This document shows positions 1 through 9,298 of a stretch of 64,000 nt of DNA, in pieces. The translations under genes were made by a program, and so were the position numbers. Position 1 is the stretch's first letter. Each line of letters opens with the position of its first letter. This DNA comes from an uncultured Thermoanaerobaculia bacterium (GTDB taxonomy: Bacteria > Acidobacteriota > Thermoanaerobaculia > Thermoanaerobaculales > Sulfomarinibacteraceae): NCBI GenBank assembly GCA_964609835.1, contig CAZSTH010000007.1:7309-71308 (forward strand), read 5' to 3'. Below the pieces are notes generated by a model. The model did no database searches. It worked only from the letters and a program-made list of their open reading frames with translations, and was not told the origin of the DNA.

Positions 1-1
1 T

Positions 2-820
2 GCCAACTCCCTGCGGGCGGGTGAGCGGACCGGCGAGCTGGAACAGGTGATCGAGCGCTTCGTCGAGTACCAGCGCCTGGTGGAGTCGGTGCGCAAGAAG
101 ATCATCAGCGCCCTGACCTACCCCGCGGTGCTGGTGACGATGTCGATCGGGCTCGTGGTCGTGCTGATGGTCAAGGTGATTCCGGCATTCAAGGACTTTT
201 ATGTTCAGTTCGAGAGTGAGCTCCCCCTGCCGACCCGCACGGTCCTCGGGATCGCCGAGTTCACGCAGAACAACGTGCTGTTGGTCGCGGTCGGTATCGT
301 GGTGGGCCTGTATCTGTTCCGGGTATGGCGCTCGTCTCCGTCGGGCCGCATGATCACCGACCGCTGGCGGCTGCGCCTGCCGCTGGTGGGCCGCCTCTCC
401 CATCTCTTCGCGATGACCCAGTTCTCGCGCTCGATGTCGATCCTGCTCGGCGGCGGGACTCCCATGGTGCCGGCGCTCCAGACCTCGGCGACCTCGGTCA
501 GCAACGCCTACATTTCCGAGCTGTTGCTGGGATGCGTGCAGGAGGTGCAGGAGGGTCGGCCGCTGTCCGAGGCACTGGCCGACACCGGCCAGGCTCCGGG
601 CATGGCCCTCGCGATGATCCGGGTCGGCGAGTCCACGGGAGCCCTGCCCGAGCTGCTCGAGCACACCTCGGACTTCTTCGACGAATCGATCGAGTTCACC
701 CTCGGCAGGGTCGTGACGCTGTTCGAACCGCTGATCCTGATCGTGATGGGGCTGGTCGTTGCCGGCCTGCTGCTGGCCGTTTACTATCCACTGCTCACGA
801 TCGTGAGCAGGATCGTGTGA
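2..820 (+). CDS. Type II secretion/type IV pilus inner-membrane platform protein (GspF/PilC family), 5'-truncated by the window edge
   Basis: Frame is open from position 2 (ANSLRAGERTGELEQVIERF...). Motifs ALTYP, ELPLPTR, MIRVGESTGALPELL and FEPLILIVMG are typical of GspF/PilC. Confidence 0.92.
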   Translation, partial: ANSLRAGERTGELEQVIERFVEYQRLVESVRKKIISALTYPAVLVTMSIGLVVVLMVKVIPAFKDFYVQFESELPLPTRTVLGIAEFTQNNVLLVAVGIVVGLYLFRVWRSSPSGRMITDRWRLRLPLVGRLSHLFAMTQFSRSMSILLGGGTPMVPALQTSATSVSNAYISELLLGCVQEVQEGRPLSEALADTGQAPGMALAMIRVGESTGALPELLEHTSDFFDESIEFTLGRVVTLFEPLILIVMGLVVAGLLLAVYYPLLTIVSRIV

Positions 821-827
821 GGAGACG

Positions 828-2465
828 ATGGCGACCGATTCCGACCTCGAGAAGCAGTTGGTCATCCTCGACCAGGAGCATGAATCTCAGACCGAGGACG
901 CAGAAGCCCGACGGCTGGCGGAGAAGCTGCGGCTGCCCTTCGACCCGCTGGACGAGTTCCACGTCGATCCCGAGCTCTTCCGCACGATTCCGGTCGACGT
1001 CATGCTGCGGTACCATTTCCTGCCGCTGCGTGCCGAGGGCGACGTGCTCCACGTGGTGATGGCCGATCCGTCCGACGTGGTGATGGTCAACGAAGTCGAG
1101 ATGGCGCTCGCGCGGCCGCTCGAGATTGCGGTCGCGCCGGGCCACCGCATCGCCGACATCCTCGAGAAGTCCGAGTCGACGCAGCGGGTCCTCGACGAGG
1201 CGACCGAGGGCTTCAGCCTGCAGCTGGTGCAGGACTCGGAGGACGGCGAGGAGGTCCTCTCCATCGACCGCATCACCGCCGACTCCTCGCCGATCATCCG
1301 GCTCGTCGACTCGGTCCTCTTCAACGCGATCCAGCGCCGGGCCTCCGACATCCACATCGAGACCCAGGATCGTGAAGTCGTGGTCAAGTACCGCATCGAC
1401 GGTGTCCTCTATCAGGCCATGAAGTCGATCGACAAGCGCCACCACTCGACCATCATCAGCCGCATCAAGGTCATGTCGGAGCTCGACATCGCCGAGAAGC
1501 GCATTCCACAGGACGGCCGCTTCAAGGTCAGATTCTCGGGCCGGACGATCGATTTCCGGGTCTCGATCATGCCGACGGTCCACGGCGAGGATGCAGTGAT
1601 CAGGATCCTGGACAAGGAGTCCACGAACGCCGAGTTCAAGACCCTCAACCTCGACGTGCTCGGCTTCGAGGACGACTCCAAGCGCCAGCTCCGGAAGTTC
1701 ATCAACGAGCCCTACGGCATGGTTCTGGTGACGGGCCCGACGGGCTCGGGTAAGACCACGACTCTGTACGCCTGTCTGTCGGAGATCCGGTCCTCGGAGG
1801 ACAAGATCATCACGATCGAGGACCCGGTGGAGTATCAGCTCAAGGGCATCACGCAGATCCCGGTCAACGAGAAGAAGGGCCTCACCTTCGCGCGCGGCCT
1901 GCGGTCCATCCTCCGCCACGACCCGGACAAGGTGATGGTCGGCGAGATCCGAGACGAGGAGACGGCCCAGATCGCCGTGCAGTCGGCACTGACAGGCCAC
2001 CTGGTGTTCACAACCGTGCACGCCAACAACGTGGTCGACGTCATCGGGCGTTTCCTGAACATGAACGTCGACCTCCACAACTTCGTGTCGGCGCTCAACT
2101 GCGTCCTCGCGCAGCGCCTGGTGCGTCGCATCTGCCTGCAGTGTAAACGGCCGGCCCAGATCTCCGACATCATGCTCGAGGACTCCGGCCTCGATCCGGA
2201 CCGCTACCGCGACTTCACCTTCTTCGAGGGTGGAGGCTGCATCGACTGCAACGGCACGGGCTACCGCGGGCGGCTGGCCATCGCCGAGCTCCTCAACCTG
2301 TCGGACAACATCCGCCAGCTCATCATCGATCGCCGCTCGGCGGCCGAGATCAAGCGCGCGGCCAAGGCCGAGGGAATGCGGTTCCTGCGCGAATCGGCGC
2401 TGCAGAAGGTCTTCGCCGGAGAGACCTCGCTCCACGACATCAACAAGGTGACCTTCGTCGAATGA
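828..2465 (+). CDS. GspE/PilB family assembly ATPase
   Basis: RASDIHIE, LDIAEKRIPQDGRF, Walker A GPTGSGKTTT, TIEDPVEY, LRHDPDKVMVGEIRD, and a tetracysteine motif (CLQC...CIDC). SD GAGGAG upstream. Confidence 0.95.
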   Translation: MATDSDLEKQLVILDQEHESQTEDAEARRLAEKLRLPFDPLDEFHVDPELFRTIPVDVMLRYHFLPLRAEGDVLHVVMADPSDVVMVNEVEMALARPLEIAVAPGHRIADILEKSESTQRVLDEATEGFSLQLVQDSEDGEEVLSIDRITADSSPIIRLVDSVLFNAIQRRASDIHIETQDREVVVKYRIDGVLYQAMKSIDKRHHSTIISRIKVMSELDIAEKRIPQDGRFKVRFSGRTIDFRVSIMPTVHGEDAVIRILDKESTNAEFKTLNLDVLGFEDDSKRQLRKFINEPYGMVLVTGPTGSGKTTTLYACLSEIRSSEDKIITIEDPVEYQLKGITQIPVNEKKGLTFARGLRSILRHDPDKVMVGEIRDEETAQIAVQSALTGHLVFTTVHANNVVDVIGRFLNMNVDLHNFVSALNCVLAQRLVRRICLQCKRPAQISDIMLEDSGLDPDRYRDFTFFEGGGCIDCNGTGYRGRLAIAELLNLSDNIRQLIIDRRSAAEIKRAAKAEGMRFLRESALQKVFAGETSLHDINKVTFVE

Positions 2466-3376
2466 ACTGGGAACGGCTCCTCCGCAGCCCGCCGCCGCGC
2501 ACCGGGTGGGTTCTGGACGCCACCGAGGCCGTGGTGTTGCACCGCACCCCGGCCGAGGCGCACTGCGCTGTCGAGGCGCTCCCCGCGAGCGGCTTCGAGA
2601 TCGGATCGGTGGGGCTTCAGGCGGTGGATTTGGATGCCGTGAGCCCGGTGCTGGCGCGCCTCAAGGGTGCCACCGGGGGGGACGAGACCGGAGCGGTGGT
2701 GGTGCCGAGCAGCTGGCTTCGCAGCTACCTGATGGACATCGATCGAGCGCCGCGCCGCGAGGACGAGCTGCAGGACGTCGTGCGGTGGCGGTTGAAGCGG
2801 CTGCTGCCGGTGCCGGCGAGCGAGGTCCGGCTGTCGGTGGTACGCCTGCCGGAGGTCGAAGGGGTCAGGCGCCTGCTGGTGATGGCTGGGATCGAGCGCG
2901 CCGTGGCGGCCATCGAGGCGGCGTTCACGGCGGTCGGCATCGAGATCGGCATGCTGACGACCCGGCTCTTCGCCCTGGTGCCGCGCGGCGCCGGCGGCGA
3001 ACACCCGACCCTCGTCGTCCAGCACGAGGACGGCTTCCTGTCGTTGCTGCTGGTTGCGGGCTCGGTGCCCAGGCTGCTGCGCACCAAGCCGTTGCCGTCC
3101 ACCGGGGGCGAGCCGGCGGCGGTGGTGCGCGAGATCGGGCTCAACCTGAGTTACATCCGCGACAAGATCGGCGTCGGCGACGATATCGAGGTGCGGTTCA
3201 TTTCGCTGAACACCGCGGTCGAGGCCGCCGTGCGGGAGTTCTTCGCAGGCGCCACCGGCCTGGTGTCCGCGCCCGAGGCGCTGGCGCCACCGGTCGGCCC
3301 GACGACGGTGGTCCAGCGAATCGGCGCGGCGGCTCTCGCCCCCGCGGTGGCCGTGGTGACGGGAGAGGTCCAGTGA
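2462..3376 (+). CDS. PilM/GspL-like cytoplasmic assembly protein
   Basis: ATGA overlap with the ATPase stop; position before the PilN/PilO-like genes; VVRWRLKRLLP segment. Family inferred mostly from synteny. Confidence 0.6.
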   Translation: MNWERLLRSPPPRTGWVLDATEAVVLHRTPAEAHCAVEALPASGFEIGSVGLQAVDLDAVSPVLARLKGATGGDETGAVVVPSSWLRSYLMDIDRAPRREDELQDVVRWRLKRLLPVPASEVRLSVVRLPEVEGVRRLLVMAGIERAVAAIEAAFTAVGIEIGMLTTRLFALVPRGAGGEHPTLVVQHEDGFLSLLLVAGSVPRLLRTKPLPSTGGEPAAVVREIGLNLSYIRDKIGVGDDIEVRFISLNTAVEAAVREFFAGATGLVSAPEALAPPVGPTTVVQRIGAAALAPAVAVVTGEVQ

Positions 3377-3948
3377 TCGCGCCCAACCTCGCCGGCCGGC
3401 CCTTCCTCAACAATCGTCCGGTGTGGCTGTTGACCGCCGCGGCCGCGTTGATCGGGGTCGTCCTGATCGCGCTCAACCTCCACCTCTACCTCGTCGCCGA
3501 TCGCACGCTGCAGAGCGAGACCCGCCGGCGGGACGAGCTGGAGCGCCAGGTGAACACGCTCGAAGAGCGGCTGCGGGCCGACGTCGCCAGCCTCGAGGGA
3601 GTGCCGTGGCGGTCGTTGAAGGGACGGGTCGAGGCGACCAACATGATCCTCCGCGAGCACGCGTTCTCGTGGCTGACGATGCTCGACGACATCGAGCGCA
3701 TCATGCCCTATGACGTGCGCCTGACGAGGATCTCTCCGAGTGCCGGTCCGGAGGGCGTCAGCCTCGCCTTCGAGGTCGTTGGTCGGCACCGGGAAGGGCT
3801 GCTGCAACTGCTCGACAACCTCATCGCCGACCCCCGTTTCGACGAGCCGGCCCCGCAGACGGAGACCACGCCGGACGAGTCGAGCTCCGGCCTCTACCAG
3901 CTCAGTCTCCGGGTGCGCTACCTGCCGCCCGTGGAGCCGCCGGCATGA
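3373..3948 (+). CDS. PilN-domain protein
   Basis: GTG start overlapping the upstream TGA. N-terminal PNLAGRPF motif, single TM helix, coiled coil, then WLTMLDDIERIMPYDVRL. Confidence 0.75.
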   Translation: MIAPNLAGRPFLNNRPVWLLTAAAALIGVVLIALNLHLYLVADRTLQSETRRRDELERQVNTLEERLRADVASLEGVPWRSLKGRVEATNMILREHAFSWLTMLDDIERIMPYDVRLTRISPSAGPEGVSLAFEVVGRHREGLLQLLDNLIADPRFDEPAPQTETTPDESSSGLYQLSLRVRYLPPVEPPA

Positions 3949-4574
3949 AGGGGCTCGACCTGCGTCCGTGGCGGCGGTTGCTGGCGGCGTGGCTGCCGGC
4001 CGTGGTCCTGGCGGCGGCCGCAGCGGTGCTCTTCGTGTGGCAGACGTCCGAATCGGGCGGCGCGCGGACCCGGATCGGCCGCCAGATCAGCGAGCTCGAG
4101 AGCGAGCTCGAGAGGTTGCAGCGGGTCGAGGAGGCCGCGCTCAGCGACCGACTGCGAGTTGCCGAGCTGGACGGGCAGTTCGCGCTTCTTTACCACGACG
4201 TGTTCGGCAGCCTCGAGGACCGCCTGACCGGCATCATGCGCGCTGTCGGGTCGGCGACCGCCAACGCGGGGCTGCGTCCCAGCTCCTACGCGTACGCAGC
4301 GAGTGACGACCGGGAGACCGGCTTCATCCGCTTCAACATCCGGTTCTCGGTCGAGGGCGAGTACCGCCAAATCCGGGAGATGCTCGCCGACCTGCAGTCG
4401 AGCGGGGAGTTTTTGGTGGTGGACAACCTCAGCCTGTCGGGCGACACCGAGCCGGTGACCCGGCTGCTGCAGATGTCGGTCAGTATCTCGACCTTTCTCG
4501 CCGAGGCCGACGATGAGCAGCTACGGCGGCTGACCGGCGGCCTGGCGCCGGTCGCGGGGCGCGACGATGGTTGA
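3945..4574 (+). CDS. PilO/GspM-like protein
   Basis: N-terminal TM, coiled coil and C-terminal VEGEYRQIREML...FLVVDNLSL; follows PilN with an ATGA overlap. Confidence 0.7.
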   Translation: MKGLDLRPWRRLLAAWLPAVVLAAAAAVLFVWQTSESGGARTRIGRQISELESELERLQRVEEAALSDRLRVAELDGQFALLYHDVFGSLEDRLTGIMRAVGSATANAGLRPSSYAYAASDDRETGFIRFNIRFSVEGEYRQIREMLADLQSSGEFLVVDNLSLSGDTEPVTRLLQMSVSISTFLAEADDEQLRRLTGGLAPVAGRDDG

Positions 4575-5160
4575 TCTCAAGCTCTCCGACGACCGCGTGC
4601 GGCTGGGGGTTCTGCTCGTGGTGCTGGCCGTGGTGGCGGTCGTGGCCGTCATCAACCTGTGGGAGCGGGGCAGCATCTCCGGAGTCGCCGACCGCCAGGG
4701 CGGGCTCGCCTACGAGTCCCGCGGCGTCCCCCCGTTGCTGATCGGCACGATCGGAGCGCAGGACGAGGCCACCGCAGCCACGTCCGGAAACCCGTTCGCT
4801 TACCGGCCCCCGCCGACGCCGACGCCCAATCTGACACCGCCGCCGACGCCGACGCCCCGCGGGCCGCGAGTCGTTGTCCCGACGCCGACGCCGCGCGTCG
4901 TCATCGGCCTCGACGGCGAGCGGCTGCCGCCGCCGCCCCCGTTCAACCGTGAGTTCATCGGCTACCTCGGGCCGGCGGGCTTCCCCGTCGCGGTGTTTCG
5001 CGAGCCCTCGAGCGACTCCAGCGACGTCGAGGTGGCGTGGGTGGGCGAAGTGCTCGACGAGGTCTTCATCGTGCGAGGGATCGGGCTCGAGTCGGTGACG
5101 ATCGGCTTTGTCGGATATCCGCCATCGGAGGATCAACGTGTACCGTTGTCTGAAAAGTAG
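4567..5160 (+). CDS. Membrane-anchored proline-rich protein in the PilP/GspC position
   Basis: N-terminal TM, GNPFAYRP motif and PTPTP repeats; lies between PilO and the secretin. Confidence 0.55.
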   Translation: MVDLKLSDDRVRLGVLLVVLAVVAVVAVINLWERGSISGVADRQGGLAYESRGVPPLLIGTIGAQDEATAATSGNPFAYRPPPTPTPNLTPPPTPTPRGPRVVVPTPTPRVVIGLDGERLPPPPPFNREFIGYLGPAGFPVAVFREPSSDSSDVEVAWVGEVLDEVFIVRGIGLESVTIGFVGYPPSEDQRVPLSEK

Positions 5161-7522
5161 TGCTCTGATTCTCGGCTGTGCCGCCGCCCCGCTGGTACTG
5201 CTGGCCACCGGATGCTCGTCTGCCGGGCATATCGCCGACGCCGGCGACGAGGCCTTCGAGCAGCAGAACTGGGATGCGGCCGTCTATCACTATCTGCAGG
5301 CCCTCGCCGAGGATCCCGACAACACCGAGTACAAGATGCAGCTGACCTTCGCCCGTCAGAGGGCCTCGCAGCAGCACTTCGAGCGAGGCGTGACGATGCG
5401 CAGGCTGGGGCGGCTGCTGGCGGCGCGCGACGAGCTGCAGATGGCGATCCAGCTCGACCCCACCAATCAGTACGCCGCGCAGATCCTCGAGGACGTGATC
5501 GAAGAGATGGAGATCCTGTCGATGCCGGACGGCGCGCGCCGCCTCGAGGATCTCAAGGAGCAGGCGCGCCGGGCCAAGGTGCAGCCGCCGGTCCTCAATC
5601 CCCGCTCCAAGGAGCCCATCACGCTCAACTTCCCCAAGCCGAAACCGGTCAAGGAGATCTACAACGCGATCGGCAAGGCGTACGGCTTCAACGTCCTCTT
5701 CGACCCCAAGCTGAAGGACGACCGGCTCGCGGTCGAGCTCCGCGACCTCACCGCCGAGCAGTCGTTGGAGATGGTGATGCAGGCCGCCGGCCACTTCTAC
5801 AAGGTGCTGGACGAGAGATCGATCATCGTCGCGGAGGACACGCCACAGAACCGGCGCGAGTACGAGGACCTGGTGATCAAGACCTTCTTCCTCTCCAACG
5901 CGGACGTCAAGGAGGTGGACAAGCTGCTGCGGTCGCTGATCGAGGCGCGACGCCTGTCGGCCAATGAGCAGCTCAACGCCATCACTCTGCGCGACACCGC
6001 GGACAAGGTGGCGATCGCCGAAAAACTGATCCGCGTCAACGACAAGGCCAAGGCCGAGGTGCTGGTGGACGTCGAGATCCTGATCATGCAGACGACCAAG
6101 AACTCCAACATCGGCACCGCGCTCTCGACCTACAACTTCAATCTCAGCCTCGACACCGGGGCCATCAACCCCGATGCCCCCGGCGGCACCCTCAACCTCG
6201 ACGACTTCTCGGACATCTCGAGCGGGGAGTGGTTCATCAACGTTCCGTCGGTGATCATCAACCTCGCCAAGAGCTCAGGCGATGCCGAGGTGCTGGCGCA
6301 ACCGCAGCTGCGCATCACCGAGGGCGAGAAGGCGAGCCTGCTGATCGGCGACCAGGTGCCGATCCCGGTGACCAGCTTCAACACCTCCAACACCATCGGC
6401 GGCAGCGTGGTCCCGATCACCTCGTTCCAGTACAGGGACGTCGGCATCACGATCGAGGTCGAGCCGCGCGTCCACCACAACCGCGAGATCACACTCAAAC
6501 TCAAGGTCGAGATCTCCAACCTCGGCGGCTCGGTGTCGGTCGGCCCGGACCAGGAAGCGGTCACGATCGGGACCCGTACCATCAACTCGGTGATTCGCCT
6601 CAAGAGCGGCGAGACCAGCCTGCTGGCGGGGTTGATCCGTCGCGACAAGACCAACAACATCACCAAGACGCCCCTGCTGGGGGACATCCCCTATCTGGGC
6701 CGGTTGTTTCGAAACGAGAACACCACGCAGCAGGACACCGACCTCGTGCTGACTCTGACGCCGCAGATCATCCGCTTCCCCGACATCGAGGAGGAGGACC
6801 TGGCGCCGGTCTGGGTCGGGACCGAGAGCCGTATCTCGTACTCCGGCCGAACCCCACGGGTGCAGTCGGGCCGTGCGCCGCGTGGCCCGTTCGACGAACG
6901 ACTGAGATCGCAGCGGGGCGAGGAGACGGGACAGGAGCCGTACGGCACTCCGGCCTCCCGCCGGCCGACCGCGCCGCGGCGGGTGACGCCGCCGTCGACG
7001 GAGAGTCAGGGTGTCGAGCTGGTGCCGTCGGGAAACCCGAAGAGCGACGCGGACGTCGGCTGGAACGAGGTGCCGGACTTCGAGCCGGTCGCGGAGATCG
7101 ACGTCTCGCGGCCCCCGCTGCAGGTGTCGCTGGAGCCCTCGGTCGTGTCGATCCGGCCCTCTGAGGAGACGCTCTTGCAGCTTGTGGTCCGCGGCGTGTC
7201 CGGCTCCTACCGGCTGCCGATCGGCGTCTCCTACGACCCGACCCGGGTCGCCGTCGAGAGCGTGGAGCCGGCGCCGGGAGTAGACTTTTTGCGGCGCGAG
7301 CTCGAAGACGGCTGGGTGGAGCTCGATCTCATCGTCAGCGACGGGATCGACATCGGCCAGGCGGTGGCGGCGCTGAGGGTTCGTGGCCTCAAGGCGGGTG
7401 CGGCGCCGATCGTCTTCACCTCCTCCGAGGCGATCTCCTCGGGCGGCGGCAGGATTCCGGTGGCGGCGTCGGACGGTGCGCTCTTCATCAACGGCAGCGG
7501 GACCTTCCGGGAGGCGCCATGA
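5138..7522 (+). CDS. Secretin (GspD/PilQ family) lipoprotein with N-terminal TPR-like region and C-terminal cohesin-like domain
   Basis: GGAGG SD then GTG at 5138; lipobox LATGC. Secretin motifs LLIGDQVPI, YRDVGITIEVEPRV, GETSLLAGLI and PLLGDIPYLGRLF; C-terminal beta domain with YDP. Confidence 0.9.
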   Translation: MYRCLKSSALILGCAAAPLVLLATGCSSAGHIADAGDEAFEQQNWDAAVYHYLQALAEDPDNTEYKMQLTFARQRASQQHFERGVTMRRLGRLLAARDELQMAIQLDPTNQYAAQILEDVIEEMEILSMPDGARRLEDLKEQARRAKVQPPVLNPRSKEPITLNFPKPKPVKEIYNAIGKAYGFNVLFDPKLKDDRLAVELRDLTAEQSLEMVMQAAGHFYKVLDERSIIVAEDTPQNRREYEDLVIKTFFLSNADVKEVDKLLRSLIEARRLSANEQLNAITLRDTADKVAIAEKLIRVNDKAKAEVLVDVEILIMQTTKNSNIGTALSTYNFNLSLDTGAINPDAPGGTLNLDDFSDISSGEWFINVPSVIINLAKSSGDAEVLAQPQLRITEGEKASLLIGDQVPIPVTSFNTSNTIGGSVVPITSFQYRDVGITIEVEPRVHHNREITLKLKVEISNLGGSVSVGPDQEAVTIGTRTINSVIRLKSGETSLLAGLIRRDKTNNITKTPLLGDIPYLGRLFRNENTTQQDTDLVLTLTPQIIRFPDIEEEDLAPVWVGTESRISYSGRTPRVQSGRAPRGPFDERLRSQRGEETGQEPYGTPASRRPTAPRRVTPPSTESQGVELVPSGNPKSDADVGWNEVPDFEPVAEIDVSRPPLQVSLEPSVVSIRPSEETLLQLVVRGVSGSYRLPIGVSYDPTRVAVESVEPAPGVDFLRRELEDGWVELDLIVSDGIDIGQAVAALRVRGLKAGAAPIVFTSSEAISSGGGRIPVAASDGALFINGSGTFREAP

Positions 7523-7989
7523 TGAGGCGGTTCGTCTGCCGTAGGCTCCAGGGCGGTTTCACGCTCGCCGAGATGGTGATGGTGGTGGCTCTGGTGGCGG
7601 TGCTGTCGTCGATGGCCCTGCCGGTGGCCAGGTTCACGGTCAAGCGCGGCAAGGAGGCCGACCTGCGGCTCGCGCTGCGACAGGTGCGGACCGCAATCGA
7701 CGAGTACAAGCGGCTCTCCGACCAGGGGTTGATTCCCGTCACCATCGGTGGCGAAGGCTATCCGGAGTCACTCGAGGTCCTGGTCGAAGGGGTCGAGATC
7801 GTCGGCCAGGAGACCAAGCGGAAGTTCCTGCGGAGGATCCCGGACGACCCCATGACCGACGAGCCTTGGATCCTGATCTCATACCAGGACGAACCCGACG
7901 CCACCTCCTGGGGCGGAGAGAATGTGTATGACATTCGAACCAGCTCGGAGGGCATCGCTCTCGACGGCAGCAAGTACGCGGATTGGTAG
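7519..7989 (+). CDS. Prepilin/pseudopilin (GspG-like)
   Basis: Class III signal G|FTLAEMVMVV; KFLRRIPDDPMT and NVYDIRT motifs. Confidence 0.88.
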   Translation: MMRRFVCRRLQGGFTLAEMVMVVALVAVLSSMALPVARFTVKRGKEADLRLALRQVRTAIDEYKRLSDQGLIPVTIGGEGYPESLEVLVEGVEIVGQETKRKFLRRIPDDPMTDEPWILISYQDEPDATSWGGENVYDIRTSSEGIALDGSKYADW

Positions 7990-7996
7990 GTCAGAT

Positions 7997-8539
7997 GTGA
8001 AGCTCGAAGAGACGTCTTTCAACGATTTCGGATTTCGGATTTCGGATTCCGGACTTCCACCCTCTCGTCTCGCCAAGGGGGTGGGTGGTGGGTCATTTCG
8101 AAATTCGAAATCCGAAATCCGAAATACGAGTCGAGGCTTCACCCTGATCGAGCTGATCATCGTGGTAGCCATCATCGGAATTCTCGCCGCGGTGGCCTTG
8201 CCGTCGATGCGCAATGCGCCGATCCGGGCGCGCGAGGCCGTGATTCGCGCCGACCTGTACCAGATGCGCTCCTGCATCGACCAGCATCTCGCCGATAAGG
8301 GTTACTACCCCGAGGGTTTGCAGGCGCTGGTCGACGCCGGGTATCTCCGCTACATCCCCATCGATCCATTCACCGGCACCGAGGACGGCGCGTGGGAAGA
8401 GCTCTTCGCCGGTCCGAGTGAGGTCGAGGAGCTCGAACCGCTGGAGAACCCGGATGGTGTCGGCGCCCAGATGATCGACGTCCGCTACGCCGATGACACC
8501 CGCGTCGCTCTCGACGGCACATTGATCTCGGAATGGTGA
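7997..8539 (+). CDS. Prepilin/pseudopilin with an unusually long, repeat-derived leader
   Basis: G|FTLIELIIVVAIIGILAAVALP and YLRYIPIDPFTG. Start placed at the first in-frame GTG after the upstream stop; start uncertain. Confidence 0.85.
   Translation: MKLEETSFNDFGFRISDSGLPPSRLAKGVGGGSFRNSKSEIRNTSRGFTLIELIIVVAIIGILAAVALPSMRNAPIRAREAVIRADLYQMRSCIDQHLADKGYYPEGLQALVDAGYLRYIPIDPFTGTEDGAWEELFAGPSEVEELEPLENPDGVGAQMIDVRYADDTRVALDGTLISEW
8024..8126. repeat. Inverted heptamer tandem-repeat hairpin: (GATTTCG)n ... (CGAAATC)n
   Basis: GATTTCG x3 + GATTCCG at 8024-8051; CGAAATT CGAAATC CGAAATC CGAAATA at 8099-8126; internal CCACCCTCT/GGGGGTGG stem. Confidence 0.9.
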
Positions 8540-9246
8540 ACAAGTTGATTTCGGAATTCAGAATTCAGAATTCAAAATTCAAAGTTCCGACGTCGGCCCA
8601 GGCCGGCTACACCCTGGTGGCGCTGGTGATGGTGATCGCGGTGATGTCGATCATGATGGCGGCCGCGGTCGAGATCGTGTCGTTCCAGGCCCAGCGCGAG
8701 CGCGAGGCGGAGCTGATCTTCCGCGGCGAGCAGTACGTGGAGGCGATTCGGCTCTATCGTCAAAAGTACGGCCGCTATCCGATGCGCATGAAGGAGTTGT
8801 GGGAGGCGGACCCGAGGGTGCTGCGCCGCGAGTGGAAGGACCCGATCACCGGCTCCGAGGAGTGGGGGCTGGTGTTCCTCGGTCAGGAGGGGCAACAGCT
8901 CGCAGGCCCCGGTCCCGGGCGGCGCAGCCCCCTCGACCCGCCGCGGCCGCAGGCGACGGGCACCCCGGCCTTCGGCGACCGCCCGGGCGGCGGGGAGCCG
9001 GGTCCCGGAGGCGGCGGCGAGCGGGTCGGGCCGATCATCGGTGTCCACTCGCTGTCGAAGGATGCGAGCATCAAGATCTACAAGGGCCGCGCCACCTACG
9101 ACACCTGGGAGTTCGTCTACAACGAGGCCGACAATCAGGACGGATCGGGCGGTCCGCAGCCGACGCCGGACAACCAGGACCCGTGGGGATCGCCGCCGAC
9201 ACCGGTTCCGCCGCCGCCGGGACCGACCGGCACTCCCACCTACTGA
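8533..9246 (+). CDS. Minor pseudopilin lacking Glu+5, with Pro/Gly-rich segments
   Basis: G|YTLVALVMVIAVMSIMM, REAELIFRGEQY, LRREWKDPITG and IIGVHSLS. Confidence 0.82.
   Translation: MVNKLISEFRIQNSKFKVPTSAQAGYTLVALVMVIAVMSIMMAAAVEIVSFQAQREREAELIFRGEQYVEAIRLYRQKYGRYPMRMKELWEADPRVLRREWKDPITGSEEWGLVFLGQEGQQLAGPGPGRRSPLDPPRPQATGTPAFGDRPGGGEPGPGGGGERVGPIIGVHSLSKDASIKIYKGRATYDTWEFVYNEADNQDGSGGPQPTPDNQDPWGSPPTPVPPPPGPTGTPTY
8547..8588 (+). repeat. Heptamer tandem repeat (GAATTCA)n in a prepilin leader
   Basis: GATTTCG GAATTCA GAATTCA GAATTCA AAATTCA AAGTTCC read directly. Confidence 0.85.
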
Positions 9247-9298
9247 CGCCCGATACCCGAGGTTCGAGAATCGGGGCCGTGTAGTACACTCCCCCGTC

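Noticed and set aside
4800..4895. CCGACG tandem repeats
   Set aside because: Explained by the Pro-Thr linker coding sequence; no inverted partner.
8024..8126. Repeat arrays considered as a CRISPR array
   Set aside because: Units are 6-7 nt and tandem, with no unique spacers, and there are no cas genes in the window.
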